Part shown: piece by piece, positions 62,496 to 64,000 of the stretch
How the letters are laid out: each line of letters starts with the position of its first letter
How positions within the stretch are numbered: position 1 is the first letter of the stretch
Assembly (NCBI RefSeq): GCF_029238425.1
Contig: NZ_JAQWGB010000106.1
Location: 9,910-73,909, forward strand
Direction of reading: 5' to 3'
Length of the DNA stretch: 64,000 bases
From: Flavicella sp.
GTDB lineage: Bacteria; Bacteroidota; Bacteroidia; Flavobacteriales; Flavobacteriaceae
The notes under the pieces: generated by a model
Databases searched by the model: none
What the model saw: only the letters and a program-made list of their open reading frames with translations
What the model was told of the DNA's origin: nothing
Program-made: the position numbers and the translations under genes

Positions 62496-63905
62496 CTACT
62501 GCCCCTTTAATTGTATAACAGTACTAATAGTTTTAATAAGAATTTTAAAATCCATGAAAAGTCCTCTAGATTTGATATAATATAAATCGTAACGTAATTT
62601 TATTTCTTGTTCCTTTGTGGTATTTGCATATGGATACATTACTTGAGCCCAACCTGTTAAACCAGGTCGTATAACATGTCGTATGGCATAAAAAGGAAGT
62701 TCATCTTTCAAACTCAATACAAATTCTGGTCTTTCCGGCCTTGGTCCAATCAAACTCATTTCCCCTATAAGTATATTCCAAAACTGTGGAATTTCATCAA
62801 TTCTAGTTTTTCTGATAAATTTTCCAAATGAAGTAATACGTCTATCATTCTTTTCTGCCCAAATTGCTTTATTTGTTTCAGCATTCACAATCATCGATCG
62901 AAATTTATAAATGTTAAAATGTTCTCCGTTTAAACCAACACGAACTTGTTTGTAAAATAAGGGACCTCTGCTTCCAAACAAATTCCCTATAAAAACAAAA
63001 GGAACATAAAACAACAAACTTAATAATCCTACAAGCGAAACTATAATATCAAAAACACGCATGAACAATAAATAAAACGTGTTTTCATGATTTTTACTAA
63101 ATGATATATATTTATAAAACTCTTTATTTAAATTTTCTTTTGCAACACTTTCAGTAATTTCTTCGTATAAGTTACCAATACTTTTAATATTGATACCATG
63201 TTCAAATAAATAGACCAATTGCTGATTTATTTTTGAATTCGGCTTGATACCTAAAGAAGAAGTGGAAACCACGATTTCATCAACAGAGTGTTCTTCCATC
63301 ACTTTTAGCAAATCTGCTTTGTCTAATTGTTGATATTTATAATTTTCTAGGGAAGTAATCTTTTCATCAGAAATATAGTTAACAACATTTATCTGAAAAT
63401 TTTTCTTTTCAATAATCTGTAAAATGTTTTCAACTTTATTAGAGCTTCCAATGATTAAAATGTTTTTTAAAAACTTTGGGCTATAAATAAAAGTACTATA
63501 AATAAGTCTCCAATACGTTAGAGGTATTACTATTCCTAAAAACAGATACAATATTTCTATCCTGTTTTTAGGTAATGATGGTGTTATGATAGGCGTAAAA
63601 ACATAAAATATAATTGTAGCAAAACAAGTAATTAAAATACTTTGAAAAACCAGATATCTACTTGCAGATACTTTTAAATTATATAACTCAAATATGTTTC
63701 CAAAAAGTATAAAATACAAAACAAAAGTAACAAGCCATTTTACAGACATTTCATTTGTTAAGGTGATGTAATTCACGTTTAAAAACGAAGATATTGCATA
63801 TATACCTAGTACAACAGACAGAATATCAAAAAACCTAAGAAGGATTTTTCTTTCTGAGATATTCAAATAATTTGATTTAGCTTGTGTATTCGGAGCTTTT
63901 ACCAT
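62496..63905 (-). CDS. Polyprenyl-phosphate glycosyl-1-phosphate transferase (WbaP/exopolysaccharide priming enzyme type)
   Basis: 469 aa. N-terminal TM helices, a central Rossmann-like region and a C-terminal bacterial sugar transferase domain (SLIGPRPERP, GLTGWAQV). Confidence 0.9.
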   Translation of the reverse strand: MVKAPNTQAKSNYLNISERKILLRFFDILSVVLGIYAISSFLNVNYITLTNEMSVKWLVTFVLYFILFGNIFELYNLKVSASRYLVFQSILITCFATIIFYVFTPIITPSLPKNRIEILYLFLGIVIPLTYWRLIYSTFIYSPKFLKNILIIGSSNKVENILQIIEKKNFQINVVNYISDEKITSLENYKYQQLDKADLLKVMEEHSVDEIVVSTSSLGIKPNSKINQQLVYLFEHGINIKSIGNLYEEITESVAKENLNKEFYKYISFSKNHENTFYLLFMRVFDIIVSLVGLLSLLFYVPFVFIGNLFGSRGPLFYKQVRVGLNGEHFNIYKFRSMIVNAETNKAIWAEKNDRRITSFGKFIRKTRIDEIPQFWNILIGEMSLIGPRPERPEFVLSLKDELPFYAIRHVIRPGLTGWAQVMYPYANTTKEQEIKLRYDLYYIKSRGLFMDFKILIKTISTVIQLKGQ

Positions 63906-64000
63906 GATGTTTCAAAGTTATGTAAATCTTTTATCAGAATTGTCACTCGAAGCGTAAAATAATTTTCAAAACAAATCTTGATACAAACCACTCAAATACT

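Noticed and set aside
1-64000. Search for tRNA/rRNA genes, CRISPR arrays, IS elements, integrases, phage genes or known defence-system genes
   Set aside because: No intergenic region shows tRNA-like conserved arms or rRNA-like sequence. No ORF shows transposase, integrase, Cas, nuclease-ATPase or phage structural motifs. The window appears to be stable chromosome rather than a mobile island.

Overview
AT-rich, densely packed chromosomal segment that looks like Bacteroidota, class Flavobacteriia. Support for that: a T9SS C-terminal sorting domain, DUF1573 and choice-of-anchor-type lipoproteins, TAnnTTTG -7 promoter boxes and no Shine-Dalgarno sites. About 55 protein genes are supported, including valS, carB, rpmH (missed by the ORF track), htpG, ferritin, pcm and phoD. 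I found no rRNA, tRNA, CRISPR array, transposase or integrase. The main point of interest is a nine-gene minus-strand block at 14443-25836. It holds a complete, translationally coupled eboA-F operon, a named cluster whose product is still unknown. An orphan two-gene operon sits just upstream of it: a ferritin-like, VioB/RebD-related putative di-metal protein plus a 595-aa protein with no recognisable motif. A separately transcribed 484-aa polytopic membrane protein sits just downstream. Other notable items: a 1447-aa CzcA-type RND pump fused in frame to a TolC-like outer-membrane factor through an internal signal-peptide-like segment; a Cys/His-rich small protein leading that operon; a substrate-less ABC/HlyD/TolC export operon; a GH25 muramidase on a large polytopic membrane domain, divergent from a TetR gene with a palindromic operator candidate; a degenerate half DEAD-box protein; a lipoprotein with a duplicated CX4CH module; and a 3 x 114-bp intergenic tandem repeat. 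All functional calls come from motif recognition by eye and memory of protein families. No database search was run.
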